DNA from: an uncultured Gammaproteobacteria bacterium
GTDB lineage: Bacteria > Patescibacteriota > Microgenomatia > Levybacterales > UBA12049
Assembly (NCBI GenBank): GCA_964507055.1
Contig: CAZDOJ010000001.1
Span: 1,105,313-1,169,312, forward strand
Length of the DNA stretch: 64,000 bases
Reading direction: 5' to 3'
Under the pieces are notes generated by a model that did not search any database, was not told the origin of the DNA, and saw only the letters and a program-made list of their open reading frames with translations. Below, in pieces: positions 1 through 9,746 of this stretch. Positions within the stretch are counted from its first letter, which is position 1, and each line of letters opens with the position of its first letter. Made by a program: the position numbers and the translations under genes.

Positions 1-22
1 GTAGTTTAGATAATTAATCTTT

Positions 23-766
23 CTATATTTGTACCTTTGAAAATAAATACGCACCAACCGTCAAAATAATTGCAGTCAATACTGAAAGCACCGCTAAATC
101 TAGTCCAAGTCCGAAATGGCTCATTCCTGTAAGGGTCCCTCTAATCCCATCGACACCATATGTTAAGGGATCGATCATTGTAATGACACTTAAAGCAGGT
201 GGTAAGTTATTTAATGGAAACAGTGCTCCAGAGAGAAAAAATGTAGGTTGCACAAGAAAGTTCATTATTAATTGAAATCCACTAATATCTTCGAGAATTG
301 AAGCTAATGCAATACCTACCCCTGTATAGAAAACTGCAACAAGAACCATAAAGAGAAATGTTAATGGCAATAGGGAGATATCAGGACGGAATCCAAATAT
401 TGTTGCCAGAATAAAGACAAAAGTCCCTTGCATGACGGCGAGTGTTGCTCCACCAAATGTTTTTCCAAGCATGATATGTAATCTTGGGACAGGTGCAACT
501 AATGTTTCTTTGAGGAACCCAAACTGTTTATCCCAAATTACTTGGATCCCTGCAAAAATTGCGGTGAACAAAATACTCATCGAAATAATTCCTGGTCCGA
601 GAAACTGAAAATAATTCCCTTGTCCTGCTTTTTGAAAAATTGGACCCAGACCAAATCCTAGTGCAAAAAGAAAAAGGATAGGTTGTCCTAGTGAACCAAT
701 CATACGAGAACGCGAACGAAAATATCGTTTGATTTCCCGTAGCCATAATATATAAATTGCATTCAT
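23..766 (-). CDS. ABC-2 type transporter permease
   Basis: 247-aa polytopic membrane protein, stop 4 nt from start codon of upstream ABC ATPase gene; typical ABC-2 exporter permease hydrophobicity pattern. Confidence 0.7.
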   Translation of the reverse strand: MNAIYILWLREIKRYFRSRSRMIGSLGQPILFLFALGFGLGPIFQKAGQGNYFQFLGPGIISMSILFTAIFAGIQVIWDKQFGFLKETLVAPVPRLHIMLGKTFGGATLAVMQGTFVFILATIFGFRPDISLLPLTFLFMVLVAVFYTGVGIALASILEDISGFQLIMNFLVQPTFFLSGALFPLNNLPPALSVITMIDPLTYGVDGIRGTLTGMSHFGLGLDLAVLSVLTAIILTVGAYLFSKVQI

Positions 767-769
767 AAT

Positions 770-1567
770 TTATCTCCCACGTATAAAAGGCCTATTGCGT
801 AACCGATCTACAGCACTTGCTGATTCTTCACGGATATTATTGCCAGTTAATTTAAGAAATGCTTCTTCCAAGCTTGTTTTGCCTGTCTTTTCTAATAGCT
901 CCTTTAGTGTCCCCTGGGTAAGTATATGTCCATGGTCCATAATCGCAATTTGCTCAGCGTATTCTTCTGCCTCTTCAAGGTAATGTGTCGTAAAGAAAAT
1001 AGTTATGCCCTCCTCTTCACTCAAATTTTTTATGTAATGCCACATAAGATTTCTTGTCTGAGGATCCAGACCTTGTGTCGGTTCATCAAGAAAAAATATT
1101 TTTGGATGATGTAACAATCCCCGAGCAATTTCCAAGCGACGCTTCATACCACCTGAAAATGTTTTAACAAGACTATCTTTCCTATCCCACAATTCAACAA
1201 GTGTCAGTAAGTTCTCTATATCTTTTTTATATTTTTCTTTTTTTATGCTATACAATACTGCATGAAATTCCATATTCTCATATGCTGTTAATTCATCCTC
1301 AAGACTTGGATCCTGAAAAACAATACCAAAAGATTTTCGGACAGCATCTTGCTCTTTCAGTGCATCATGCCCATTGATAGTAATCGTTCCAGAAGTTGGG
1401 AGAAGTAAAGTGGTAAGCATCTTAATCGTAGTACTCTTACCAGCACCGTTTGGGCCAAGAAATGCAAAGATCTGTCCTTTTGGAACAGAAAAAGAAACAT
1501 CATTGACCGCTATAAAGTCTTTGAAACGCTTAGTAAGATTTTTGACTGTAATCATTTCACTTTGCAT
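770..1567 (-). CDS. ABC transporter ATP-binding protein
   Basis: Walker A 'GPNGAGKST', ABC signature 'FSGGMKRRLEIARGLL', Walker B 'IFFLDEPTQGLD'. Confidence 0.9.
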   Translation of the reverse strand: MQSEMITVKNLTKRFKDFIAVNDVSFSVPKGQIFAFLGPNGAGKSTTIKMLTTLLLPTSGTITINGHDALKEQDAVRKSFGIVFQDPSLEDELTAYENMEFHAVLYSIKKEKYKKDIENLLTLVELWDRKDSLVKTFSGGMKRRLEIARGLLHHPKIFFLDEPTQGLDPQTRNLMWHYIKNLSEEEGITIFFTTHYLEEAEEYAEQIAIMDHGHILTQGTLKELLEKTGKTSLEEAFLKLTGNNIREESASAVDRLRNRPFIRGR

Positions 1568-1665
1568 AATAATAGTATATACCCTTTCACCCTAGAACTC
1601 ATTTCTTAATTTTCACTTAATTTTTTCCTTACGTTTTTCTTGTGCGTAGACTTTATAATAGAACT

Positions 1666-2217
1666 ATGGCAAATGATTTAGAACAGGCAACCTTGGCAAA
1701 TGGGTGTTTCTGGTGTACGGAAGCAGTTTTCCAAAGACTGAAAGGAGTAGAATCTGTTCAATCTGGATATTCTGGAGGTACTACACAAAATCCTTCGTAT
1801 TACGAAGTCTCTTCAGGAGAAACAGGTCATGCTGAATCCCTCCAAGTAGCGTATGATCCCAATGTAATTTCTTACGAGACACTTTTGCATATCTTTTTTG
1901 CGACGCATGATCCAACAACGCTGAATCGCCAAGGAAATGATGTAGGGACACAATATCGTTCAGAAATTTTTTATCACGATAACGAGCAGAAAAAAATTGC
2001 TGAGAAAGTCAAAGAAGAATTAGACAAATCAGGAACGTATAAAGATCCAATTGTAACCGCAATTTCTGCGTTTACAAACTTTTATCCAGCTGAACAAGAA
2101 CATAAAGATTATTACGACAATAACCCAAACGCTCCTTATTGCCGAGTGATTATTGATCCAAAGATACATAAGTTGTTAGAGAAATATTCTAAAGAAGTTA
2201 AAGAAGAATATAAATAA
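1666..2217 (+). CDS. msrA: peptide methionine sulfoxide reductase MsrA
   Basis: 'ATLANGCFWCTEAVFQRLKGV' catalytic GCFWC motif; ORF track starts at GTG 1642 but ATG 1666 preceded by TATAAT (1654-1659) is more plausible. Confidence 0.85.
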   Translation: MANDLEQATLANGCFWCTEAVFQRLKGVESVQSGYSGGTTQNPSYYEVSSGETGHAESLQVAYDPNVISYETLLHIFFATHDPTTLNRQGNDVGTQYRSEIFYHDNEQKKIAEKVKEELDKSGTYKDPIVTAISAFTNFYPAEQEHKDYYDNNPNAPYCRVIIDPKIHKLLEKYSKEVKEEYK

Positions 2218-2226
2218 GTTAGACTA

Positions 2227-2742
2227 TTATCTTTGTTGTAACTGATTAGCTCGAACTGTTTTTCGCACTTGAGCTATTTCATGATTTCGTGCACTCGTTG
2301 GTTGGAATACAGTTTTTTCCGCTATCCACAATCCCGCTTCTGAACGCCGAACTCCAATAGTAAAGATAGGAAGATCACCAACACCATTCGCTGAATTAAT
2401 CCTTTCAACGAGTGTCGCTCCCCTAAGCATTTGACGTGTTTTCTCGTCTTCATCAACGCTATCAGTAATAGGATTGCCAAGGCATTCTTCATGCTTTGCA
2501 ATAACAATTCCTTCTGAATTATGCCCCAGTGTGGAAACTGTTAATTGTGTCTTAAGTTCTTGAACCTTTGGATGATCAAGTTCAAGTGCATGTACCTCAT
2601 CAAGTTGTTTTTCAATACCTGGTCTTGTAATAGTATCTGTATACTGTGTATTTGTCTCTGCTTGAATAAAAGCATGTGCGGGTTGCTGTACCCTTCCATC
2701 CATACATATAATTGCTGTAGAAAAACTTTCTGAAGAAGCCAT
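2227..2742 (-). CDS. hypothetical protein (CxDxR / HxxC motif, possible beta-carbonic-anhydrase-like fold)
   Basis: 171 aa; 'IICMDGRVQ' and 'HEECLGNP' reminiscent of beta-CA zinc ligand motifs, but no confident family assignment. Confidence 0.3.
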   Translation of the reverse strand: MASSESFSTAIICMDGRVQQPAHAFIQAETNTQYTDTITRPGIEKQLDEVHALELDHPKVQELKTQLTVSTLGHNSEGIVIAKHEECLGNPITDSVDEDEKTRQMLRGATLVERINSANGVGDLPIFTIGVRRSEAGLWIAEKTVFQPTSARNHEIAQVRKTVRANQLQQR

Positions 2743-2786
2743 AAAGAGCTATTTTAGCACGTTAAAATGCTCTGTCAATAAATACT

Positions 2787-3644
2787 TTATGAAGATAACT
2801 TTACTTTGTTTTTATATAAAGTAATAAATCCTTCTTGCTCCATTTCTTTAATGATTCCGTCTATAAGTTCTTGGTCCTTATCTAAAAAATCTTCTTTTAC
2901 TAAAAGCCCTAGATCTTTTAATGGAATCTCTTTTTTCTCCAGCAGTTGCTTCACAATTCTTCCACGATAATATCTTCTCGAGCCTTTAAATGTAGATTGC
3001 TTAGGAACATCAATTTTTTCTTTCTTTAACATTAGACTACTATAATCCATAAGAGCTTGATTCCAATCATACGCCTTACCTTGTGGAACTAATGTTTCAG
3101 CAATCGCTGCAATTTCTTTATCGCTCACTTTATTTTCTTTTATATCCGTAGTGTCAGCTACATTAATTGTTTCCGGTCCTTTTAAGAGTTGTGTCAAAAT
3201 AACTTTCTTCACATTAATATCGACAACGGCGACTTGTTGATCAAAAGCAAAACACATAATCGCACGAGCAGTATATTGTCCAATTCCCGGCAATGCTAGT
3301 AACTCTTTTTCTGTTTGAGGAAAATTTCCTTGATAGTTTTCCGAAACAACTGTTGCTGTTTTTTTTAAGTTTAATGCACGGCGGTTATATCCAAGTCCTG
3401 ACCAATAGTGAAGGACTTCTGAAACAGGTGCTTTTGCCAGATCATGCACTGTTGGAAAAGCTGCAAACCATGCTTCGTATTTTGGAATGACTCTATTGAC
3501 CTGTGTTTGTTGAAGCATAATTTCACTAACCAAAATCCGATAAGGATCACGGGATTTTCTCCATGGTAAATCCCGTTGATGCACTGCATACCATGTGAGA
3601 ATTTTGTCTTGAAATGTTTTAATTTGAGGTTTAGAGATTTCCAA
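2787..3644 (-). CDS. HhH-GPD base-excision DNA glycosylase (MutY/Nth family, A/G-specific adenine glycosylase-like)
   Basis: 'RDLPWRKSRDPYRILVSEIMLQQTQVNRVIPKYEAWFAAFPT...LPGIGQYTARAIMCFAF' matches MutY N-terminal catalytic domain; C-terminal part divergent and lacks obvious 4Cys cluster. Confidence 0.65.
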   Translation of the reverse strand: MEISKPQIKTFQDKILTWYAVHQRDLPWRKSRDPYRILVSEIMLQQTQVNRVIPKYEAWFAAFPTVHDLAKAPVSEVLHYWSGLGYNRRALNLKKTATVVSENYQGNFPQTEKELLALPGIGQYTARAIMCFAFDQQVAVVDINVKKVILTQLLKGPETINVADTTDIKENKVSDKEIAAIAETLVPQGKAYDWNQALMDYSSLMLKKEKIDVPKQSTFKGSRRYYRGRIVKQLLEKKEIPLKDLGLLVKEDFLDKDQELIDGIIKEMEQEGFITLYKNKVKLSS

Positions 3645-3646
3645 TT

Positions 3647-4633
3647 TTATAACAGTCCCATTTTATCACGAACTTCTCGGACTGTTGCTTCTGCGAGGGA
3701 TTTTGCTTTTTCATTTCCTTCTTGAATGATTCTATCAACTTCATGTGGATTATCTTCAAAGTGTTTTCGTTTTTCTTGGAATGGTTGTAATTCTTTATAA
3801 ACTAATTCTGCTAATTCTTTTTTCATGTCACTGTAACGAATTCTTTTCTCTCGATAATCAATGACATACTTTACAAATACTTCTTTCTCAGCAAATAATT
3901 TGAAAATTGTAAACAAATTACCGACTCCACCATCGTTTGGGACAGCACCACCTTCTGTGCCACTGTCTGTTGGAATCTTTGCGATTTTACTTTTGATAGT
4001 TTCGAAATCATCAGTTAAATTAATATAACTTCCTTCAACAGATTTACTCATTTTTCCTTCTCCTAAAAGTGAAGGGATATATTCACCTGCTGTTTTAAAA
4101 CGCTGCGGTTCAGGAAAATCTGTACCATATTCCTGATTCATTTTACGAGCAATTTCTCGTGCAACTTCTATGTGCGGTTCCTGATCAATTCCGACAGGGA
4201 CGCTGTCTGCTTTATAGATCAAAATATCTGCTGCCATCAGAATTGGATAATTAAGAAGTGCCATAGTTGCACTATCTGGATGTTGTTTTACTTTATCCTT
4301 AAATGTTGGCAGATGCTGCATTCGAGCGATTGTCTGTACACTGGAGAAATAGAATGCTAATTCAGCATGAGGACTTTGTGCTTGCTGAAAAAGAATACTT
4401 TTTTCGGGATCAAGTCCAGCAGCTAGATAATCAATAATTATTTCGCGGCGATCTTTGCGTAACGCTTCAACGTCATATGGTGTAGTTAGCGTATGTAAAT
4501 CTGCAACCATGTAGAGCGTTTCATAATTTGGATCATCTTGTAACGCAAGCATACCTTTAATCGCACCTAAATAATTACCGAGATGGAGGCGACCCGTTGC
4601 ACGAATTCCTGATAATACACGTTTCTTATTCAT
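3647..4633 (-). CDS. trpS: tryptophan--tRNA ligase
   Basis: 'KRVLSGIRATGRLHLGNYLG' HIGH-like region and 'KMSKS' motif; ORF track start 4681, but the internal Met 'MNKKRVLSG' at 4633 matches typical TrpRS N-termini. Confidence 0.85.
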   Translation of the reverse strand: MNKKRVLSGIRATGRLHLGNYLGAIKGMLALQDDPNYETLYMVADLHTLTTPYDVEALRKDRREIIIDYLAAGLDPEKSILFQQAQSPHAELAFYFSSVQTIARMQHLPTFKDKVKQHPDSATMALLNYPILMAADILIYKADSVPVGIDQEPHIEVAREIARKMNQEYGTDFPEPQRFKTAGEYIPSLLGEGKMSKSVEGSYINLTDDFETIKSKIAKIPTDSGTEGGAVPNDGGVGNLFTIFKLFAEKEVFVKYVIDYREKRIRYSDMKKELAELVYKELQPFQEKRKHFEDNPHEVDRIIQEGNEKAKSLAEATVREVRDKMGLL

Positions 4634-4701
4634 GAAAGTATTGTACCATGTTTCAGAGGCTGGGCAAAGCATCCGAAACATCTATCTTGTATAATACATC
4701 T

Positions 4702-5694
4702 ATGACTAATTGTAATTTGCCGGAAAAGTTTATTGATAGACTTAAAGAATTATATTCTGATTCAAAGTTTGATGCAGTATTAGAATCTTTTGAGAACAAA
4801 CCGATTCCTTCATTTAGAGTTAATACATTGCGTGCAAAAAAAGAGGATGTTACAAATGCTTTAGAGAAGCTTGGGTTTGAACTTGAGCAGGTGGCATGGT
4901 ACAGTAATGCATTTTTATTAAAAAATAAAACAGTTCGAGAACTAACCAAATCGGAAGTTTATACATCAGGATTAATTTATATTCAAAACCTTTCAAGTAT
5001 GATTCCGGCTCTCGCACTTGATCCTCAACCTGATGAACGGATACTTGATATTGCAGCAGCTCCAGGTAGTAAGACAACCCAGATTGCAGCTATGATGCAG
5101 AACAAAGGAGAAATTGTAGCAAATGATTTAAGCCGCAAACGCGTTTATCGACTCAAAGATAATCTCGAACAATATGGTGTCACCAATACAAAATTTGAAA
5201 ATCATGCAGGAGAAAATTTCTGGAAACGCTACCCTGAAGTATTTCATAAAACTCTTGTTGATGTTCCATGCAGTATGGAAGGACGCATTCAATGTGATGA
5301 TCCGAAATCATATCAGGACTGGTCTCCAAGGAAAATTAAACAACTTTCACTTTTGCAAAAGTATCTTCTTCGCTCTGCGATATCTGCAACCGATGTTGGA
5401 GGAACAATCATCTATTCAACTTGTACAATGTCACCTGAGGAGAATGAAGAAGTAATCGAATGGGTTATAAAGCGTGTTAATGGAAATACCCCCGATGCAG
5501 TAAGTGTTGAGAGAATTGCTATTCCCCATTTGAACTTGGAGGCGGGACTAGCATCATGGAAAAAACATACATTTACAAACGCACAAAATACTTCACGAGT
5601 AACTCCAAACAAAACAATGGAAGGATTCTTTATCGCAAAGATTAAAAAACACAAATCTACAGTTCCTGGAATGGAAATATTTCACCAATCGTAA
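4702..5694 (+). CDS. NOL1/NOP2/Sun family RNA m5C methyltransferase (RsmB/RsmF-like)
   Basis: SAM-binding 'ILDIAAAPGSKTTQIA', catalytic 'DVPCSMEG' and 'IIYSTCTMSPEENEEVI' motifs; start moved to ATG 4702 (MTNCNL) to avoid overlap with trpS. Confidence 0.8.
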   Translation: MTNCNLPEKFIDRLKELYSDSKFDAVLESFENKPIPSFRVNTLRAKKEDVTNALEKLGFELEQVAWYSNAFLLKNKTVRELTKSEVYTSGLIYIQNLSSMIPALALDPQPDERILDIAAAPGSKTTQIAAMMQNKGEIVANDLSRKRVYRLKDNLEQYGVTNTKFENHAGENFWKRYPEVFHKTLVDVPCSMEGRIQCDDPKSYQDWSPRKIKQLSLLQKYLLRSAISATDVGGTIIYSTCTMSPEENEEVIEWVIKRVNGNTPDAVSVERIAIPHLNLEAGLASWKKHTFTNAQNTSRVTPNKTMEGFFIAKIKKHKSTVPGMEIFHQS

Positions 5695-5737
5695 ATCCTA
5701 TTTATGGTATTTTCAAGCTCCGTAGTATAGAATATGA

Positions 5738-6688
5738 ATGATGAAAAAAGTCATTCTTATCATAGTATTTGTTATACTGCTCGTTTTTGGCTTTCTCAAC
5801 AGAACGACAATTGCAACCACAGCCGAAGCAATTATCTCCCAATCGCCATGTGCAATACCGAGGACATACAGTCTTGGAGAGGTTGATCCACGATTTAAGA
5901 TCTCGAAGGCAGACTTTCTTTCTGCGACAAAAGAAGCTGCGAATACTTGGAAAAATGCAGAAGGACAACCGCTTTTTACCTATGATCCTGAGTCAAAACT
6001 TACCATTAGTCTTACGTACGACGAACGCCAATATTTAAATACACAAATTAATGATTTAAATTCACAAGTCGACGAACAGAAGGATACATTAAAACCTGAA
6101 ATTGCTGAATATGAAAGTCGTGCTTCAGAATTTAAAAGACGCAATGCAGAGTTAAACAATAGAATCTCCTATTGGAATGACCAAGGAGGGGCACCCGAAA
6201 GTGAATACAATAAACTGCTCCAGGAACAAAGATCTCTCCAACAGGAAGCACAAGAACTGCAAACAATGGCACAAGCACTTAATCAATCAACGGATCAATA
6301 TAATACCCAAATCCAAGCATTGGATCAAAAGGTTGACGCATATAATCATACTCTCGAACAAAAACCTGAGGAAGGAATTTATATTCGTGAAGGTCGAGAT
6401 GAAAAGATTGTTATCTATTTTAATAATTCGCGCCCTGAATTGATACATACACTTGCACATGAAATGGGACATGCAATTGGAATGCCTCACACTACTACTC
6501 AGGATTCAATTATGTATCCAAAAACAACAGACGTGACAGAACCTTCAGCTGAGGATATTACTGCTCTTGCAGAGGTATGTCGAAAAAGAAATATTGTGGA
6601 GACATTGGGGAATAATTTATCACTACTAGCAAGCGACTTGCGAGAACTTGCCGCAACTGTACATACCAAGTTACAAACTTCTAATTAA
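5738..6688 (+). CDS. secreted/membrane-anchored zinc metalloprotease, metzincin (matrixin-like) with coiled-coil stalk
   Basis: N-terminal TM/signal 'VILIIVFVILLVFGFL'; long Q/E-rich coiled coil; C-terminal 'HEMGHAIGMPH' (HExxHxxGxxH) followed by Met-turn 'SIMYP'. Confidence 0.65.
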   Translation: MMKKVILIIVFVILLVFGFLNRTTIATTAEAIISQSPCAIPRTYSLGEVDPRFKISKADFLSATKEAANTWKNAEGQPLFTYDPESKLTISLTYDERQYLNTQINDLNSQVDEQKDTLKPEIAEYESRASEFKRRNAELNNRISYWNDQGGAPESEYNKLLQEQRSLQQEAQELQTMAQALNQSTDQYNTQIQALDQKVDAYNHTLEQKPEEGIYIREGRDEKIVIYFNNSRPELIHTLAHEMGHAIGMPHTTTQDSIMYPKTTDVTEPSAEDITALAEVCRKRNIVETLGNNLSLLASDLRELAATVHTKLQTSN

Positions 6689-6899
6689 TAAGTGAGGCTT
6701 TGTACCCTGTTTGGTTGATTAAATTAATTATTTCTTGAACTTTAATTTTGCTTGTATCAAAAGTGACTGAGGTTTTCTCTTTAATGAAACTTGTTTTTGC
6801 TTCGTCAATACCTGTTGTATCTTCAAGTATGCCATCAATATTTATAACGCAACTAGAACAATCAAGATCTTCGACTTTTAAAACAACTGTTTTTTTCAT
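6681..6899 (-). CDS. heavy-metal-associated (HMA) domain metallochaperone, CopZ-like
   Basis: 72 aa, 'LDCSSCVINI' CxxC metal-binding motif in ferredoxin-like fold context. Confidence 0.6.
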   Translation of the reverse strand: MKKTVVLKVEDLDCSSCVINIDGILEDTTGIDEAKTSFIKEKTSVTFDTSKIKVQEIINLINQTGYKASLIN

Positions 6900-6901
6900 A
6901 G

Positions 6902-7969
6902 TTAGATAACATTAATTGTGCCCCGATACATCCCCATACTACACATAAATGAAATTGGTCCAGTCTTCTGGGGTGCAGTAAATGTAATCGTTTGAGACGT
7001 ACCCATTGGAACAACTTTTTTTACACCTAATTCAGGAATTGTAAATGCTTGTGCACAATTGTTACTATCTTGATTCTTTAAATGAATAGTAACTGGTGAT
7101 CCAGCATTTACAGAAAAATTATGTGGTGTGTAGCCAGACGAGCTAATGACAATATTTGTATTGTTTGTTGCTAAAGGAACTACAACTTCATCCTCACAAA
7201 AACTCAGCGTGCACCAAGCACCTTTTGCAAAGTCCTCAACAGTAAAATTACTTCCAGTTAAGGCAATAGCATTGTTAAGATTAAATAGTGCGAATGAAAG
7301 TAAAACTACAGCAGCAAACTTTGTTAACACTAATGTCGCTGAAGATGTAACCTTACTTGTAAAATATCCCAGCAAAAAGAAAACAGGTGATGTCCCTAGT
7401 ACAAACGCAAAGAGAATTATCGCTCCATACAATGGATTACCTGAGCCAATACTTAGGGCCATCATTGCTTGGGTTGCTCCACAAGGAATAAATACAGTAA
7501 AAGCACCAAGTATTGCAGGTGCAAAAATATTTTTACTTTTGGTTTCTTTACGGATTAAACGAGTAATCAAATGCGGGGGTTGAATAATAAAATAGCGAAA
7601 GATAGGATGTGCTTTTAGTAAATGTAATGCTGTACCAAGCATAAAAAGAGCAACGATTACTTGTAAGCTAATTTGTAGTCCTAAGGAAAACTGTAATGTC
7701 GATCCAAGCCAACCGAGTAAAAAACCCAAAATAGTGTAGGCAACGAGCTTTGAAGCAAGAAAAATTAAGATTGGCTGAGCACTCCCCTGTGTAGCTTGCT
7801 CTGTGAGATGGGATTCGTGGCGTTGAGCAATAGTAGCAGCAAGTAAACCTCCTTGTACCGCCATACAGGAAAGACCCCCTGCCAGTAATCCAGTTAAGAA
7901 GATTCCAAATATTTGTGCTATTTCCATAGGCAGATATATATTATAGTACATTCGCCCTGCTAAGAGCAA
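6902..7969 (-). CDS. polytopic membrane permease (TauE/SafE-like) with C-terminal cupredoxin-like soluble domain
   Basis: 355 aa; ~8 predicted TM segments; C-terminal ~100 aa 'HNFSVNAGSPVTIHLKN...NCAQAF...FMCSMGMYRGTINV' resembles small blue-copper/cupredoxin-like domain; adjacent to HMA chaperone. Confidence 0.4.
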   Translation of the reverse strand: MLLAGRMYYNIYLPMEIAQIFGIFLTGLLAGGLSCMAVQGGLLAATIAQRHESHLTEQATQGSAQPILIFLASKLVAYTILGFLLGWLGSTLQFSLGLQISLQVIVALFMLGTALHLLKAHPIFRYFIIQPPHLITRLIRKETKSKNIFAPAILGAFTVFIPCGATQAMMALSIGSGNPLYGAIILFAFVLGTSPVFFLLGYFTSKVTSSATLVLTKFAAVVLLSFALFNLNNAIALTGSNFTVEDFAKGAWCTLSFCEDEVVVPLATNNTNIVISSSGYTPHNFSVNAGSPVTIHLKNQDSNNCAQAFTIPELGVKKVVPMGTSQTITFTAPQKTGPISFMCSMGMYRGTINVI

Positions 7970-8102
7970 AAATTGTGCCTGGAGAAATTATTCTCTTACA
8001 ACTTTCTACTGCAATTATCATCTCCGCTTAATATTTGAGTAGTATTCTATAGATGTTTCGCACACTCACTCGTCATACTACCGCCCATGAGAAAGGGTAA
8101 TC

Positions 8103-8696
8103 ATGGATAAAAGTAGAATAGCAACAGGAGATTGGAAAACATTTTTGACATTAAGAGATGAAAATCTTTTGCTTGTCGTTCGAAAACATCCATATGTAGT
8201 CATATTTCCTATCCTCTTTTTACTAATTCTCGCCGTATTTTTTATAGGAAGTGCTTATTTCTTTTTTGATAGAATCTTTTCATCGTTCTCACTTTTTATT
8301 GTTTCAAGTCTAATAGTAATAAGTTTCTCAATTGGTATTATTGCAAAACTTATCATTGATTGGTATTTCCACATTTATCTTTTAACTAATAGGAAAATTC
8401 TTGAATTTAGATATACTCCTTTAACTTCATATGTAGTAAACGATGTCATGTTAGACAGAGTTTACTGTACTGAAATTGATTTTCAGACAAATGGATTTGT
8501 TGAAGATCTTATCGATCTTGGAGACATCATCATTACATTTGATAGACCAACGCATCAGGAAGAATTTATTATGAAGGATATTCAAGCATGTCATGAAGTG
8601 GGAAATTTTCTCACACAGCAGTTACTTGACGGCAATCCAAAAAATGATAGTTTTAACCCTATTTGGTTTTCTGGACATAGTTGGGGGAAAAGATAA
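8103..8696 (+). CDS. hypothetical membrane protein
   Basis: 197 aa, two to three hydrophobic helices near N-terminus, no recognisable motif. Confidence 0.35.
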   Translation: MDKSRIATGDWKTFLTLRDENLLLVVRKHPYVVIFPILFLLILAVFFIGSAYFFFDRIFSSFSLFIVSSLIVISFSIGIIAKLIIDWYFHIYLLTNRKILEFRYTPLTSYVVNDVMLDRVYCTEIDFQTNGFVEDLIDLGDIIITFDRPTHQEEFIMKDIQACHEVGNFLTQQLLDGNPKNDSFNPIWFSGHSWGKR

Positions 8697-8932
8697 AAGA
8701 GGAGCTAGATATAATGGAAATAGTAAAACTAGTCATTTTTCTCTGTTACCTAATTCTTATCGCCATTATTATTTTCTTTAATTGGCTTTATTCTGTACGG
8801 ACTATCCGGGCTACAAAACAAATCGGGTTATATGTTCCACAATATATAAAACTTCTCGTACGAATAAGCAATATCTTTGCAATCGTAACAATCCTGCTTA
8901 TAGCAATCTTCTTAATTTTGAGAGATTACTAA
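8681..8932 (+). CDS. hypothetical small membrane protein
   Basis: 83 aa, two hydrophobic helices; overlaps previous ORF by 16 nt. Confidence 0.3.
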   Translation: MGEKIKEELDIMEIVKLVIFLCYLILIAIIIFFNWLYSVRTIRATKQIGLYVPQYIKLLVRISNIFAIVTILLIAIFLILRDY

Positions 8933-8989
8933 TAGTACTTTCAAATCTAATCTTCCCTTAGATATATTCGAACTGTTATAATTATTTTA

Positions 8990-9727
8990 ATGAATAAAAA
9001 GAAAAGCCTTTATCTCTATTGCTTCTCCCCAATGGTCATGCTTGCGACTTTTCTTATTGAAGTAAGTTCTGCTGTTTATACACTCTTTCGGTATCGACTA
9101 GATCGCACTGCTCAGTTAATTATTGCAATGCTTGGGTTTCTTGCAACTTTTCAATTGGCAGAATATATGGTTTGTGAAGGGGCAGTTATATTTTCAAGTT
9201 TGGATTGGGCACGGCTTGGATATGCCGCAATAACAATACTGCCACCATTAGGTATTCACATGGGATTGCAAATTGCAAAGAAGAAGAATACACCATTACT
9301 TGCAGCTGCATACGGAAGTGCAGCACTCTTTGCAACATTTTTCCTTTTTGTAGGACATGGTATGGGAGCACAGCAATGCCTTGGCAATTATGTGATATTT
9401 AGTATCGCTCCATATGCGGCTATACCTTATGGTATTTATTATTATGGATGGATGGTTACGGGTATTCTCCTCGCATGGCATGGACGCCATCATATAAAAA
9501 ATGAAAATCATCAAAAAGCACTCTTGTGGCTTGTTTTTGGATATCTTTCTTTTATGGTTCCAACGACTGTCGCAAATATGATTAATCCTGCAACGATAGC
9601 TGCTATTCCAAGTATTATGTGTGGATTCGCCGTTATAATGGCTTTGACATTACTGTTTAAAGTTTCACCTCTTGTTTTGGAAGATAAAAATGCGGGAGAG
9701 AAAACAGCAAGTGTTTCCACAAAGTAA
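8990..9727 (+). CDS. hypothetical polytopic membrane protein
   Basis: 245 aa, ~7 hydrophobic segments, no motif recognised. Confidence 0.35.
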   Translation: MNKKKSLYLYCFSPMVMLATFLIEVSSAVYTLFRYRLDRTAQLIIAMLGFLATFQLAEYMVCEGAVIFSSLDWARLGYAAITILPPLGIHMGLQIAKKKNTPLLAAAYGSAALFATFFLFVGHGMGAQQCLGNYVIFSIAPYAAIPYGIYYYGWMVTGILLAWHGRHHIKNENHQKALLWLVFGYLSFMVPTTVANMINPATIAAIPSIMCGFAVIMALTLLFKVSPLVLEDKNAGEKTASVSTK

Positions 9728-9746
9728 TCTTTCCTAATAAAGATTA

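Noticed and set aside
7146-7583. 145-aa plus-strand ORF
   Set aside because: It lies entirely antisense within the well-supported 6902..7969 permease gene and has no start context. It is a shadow ORF.
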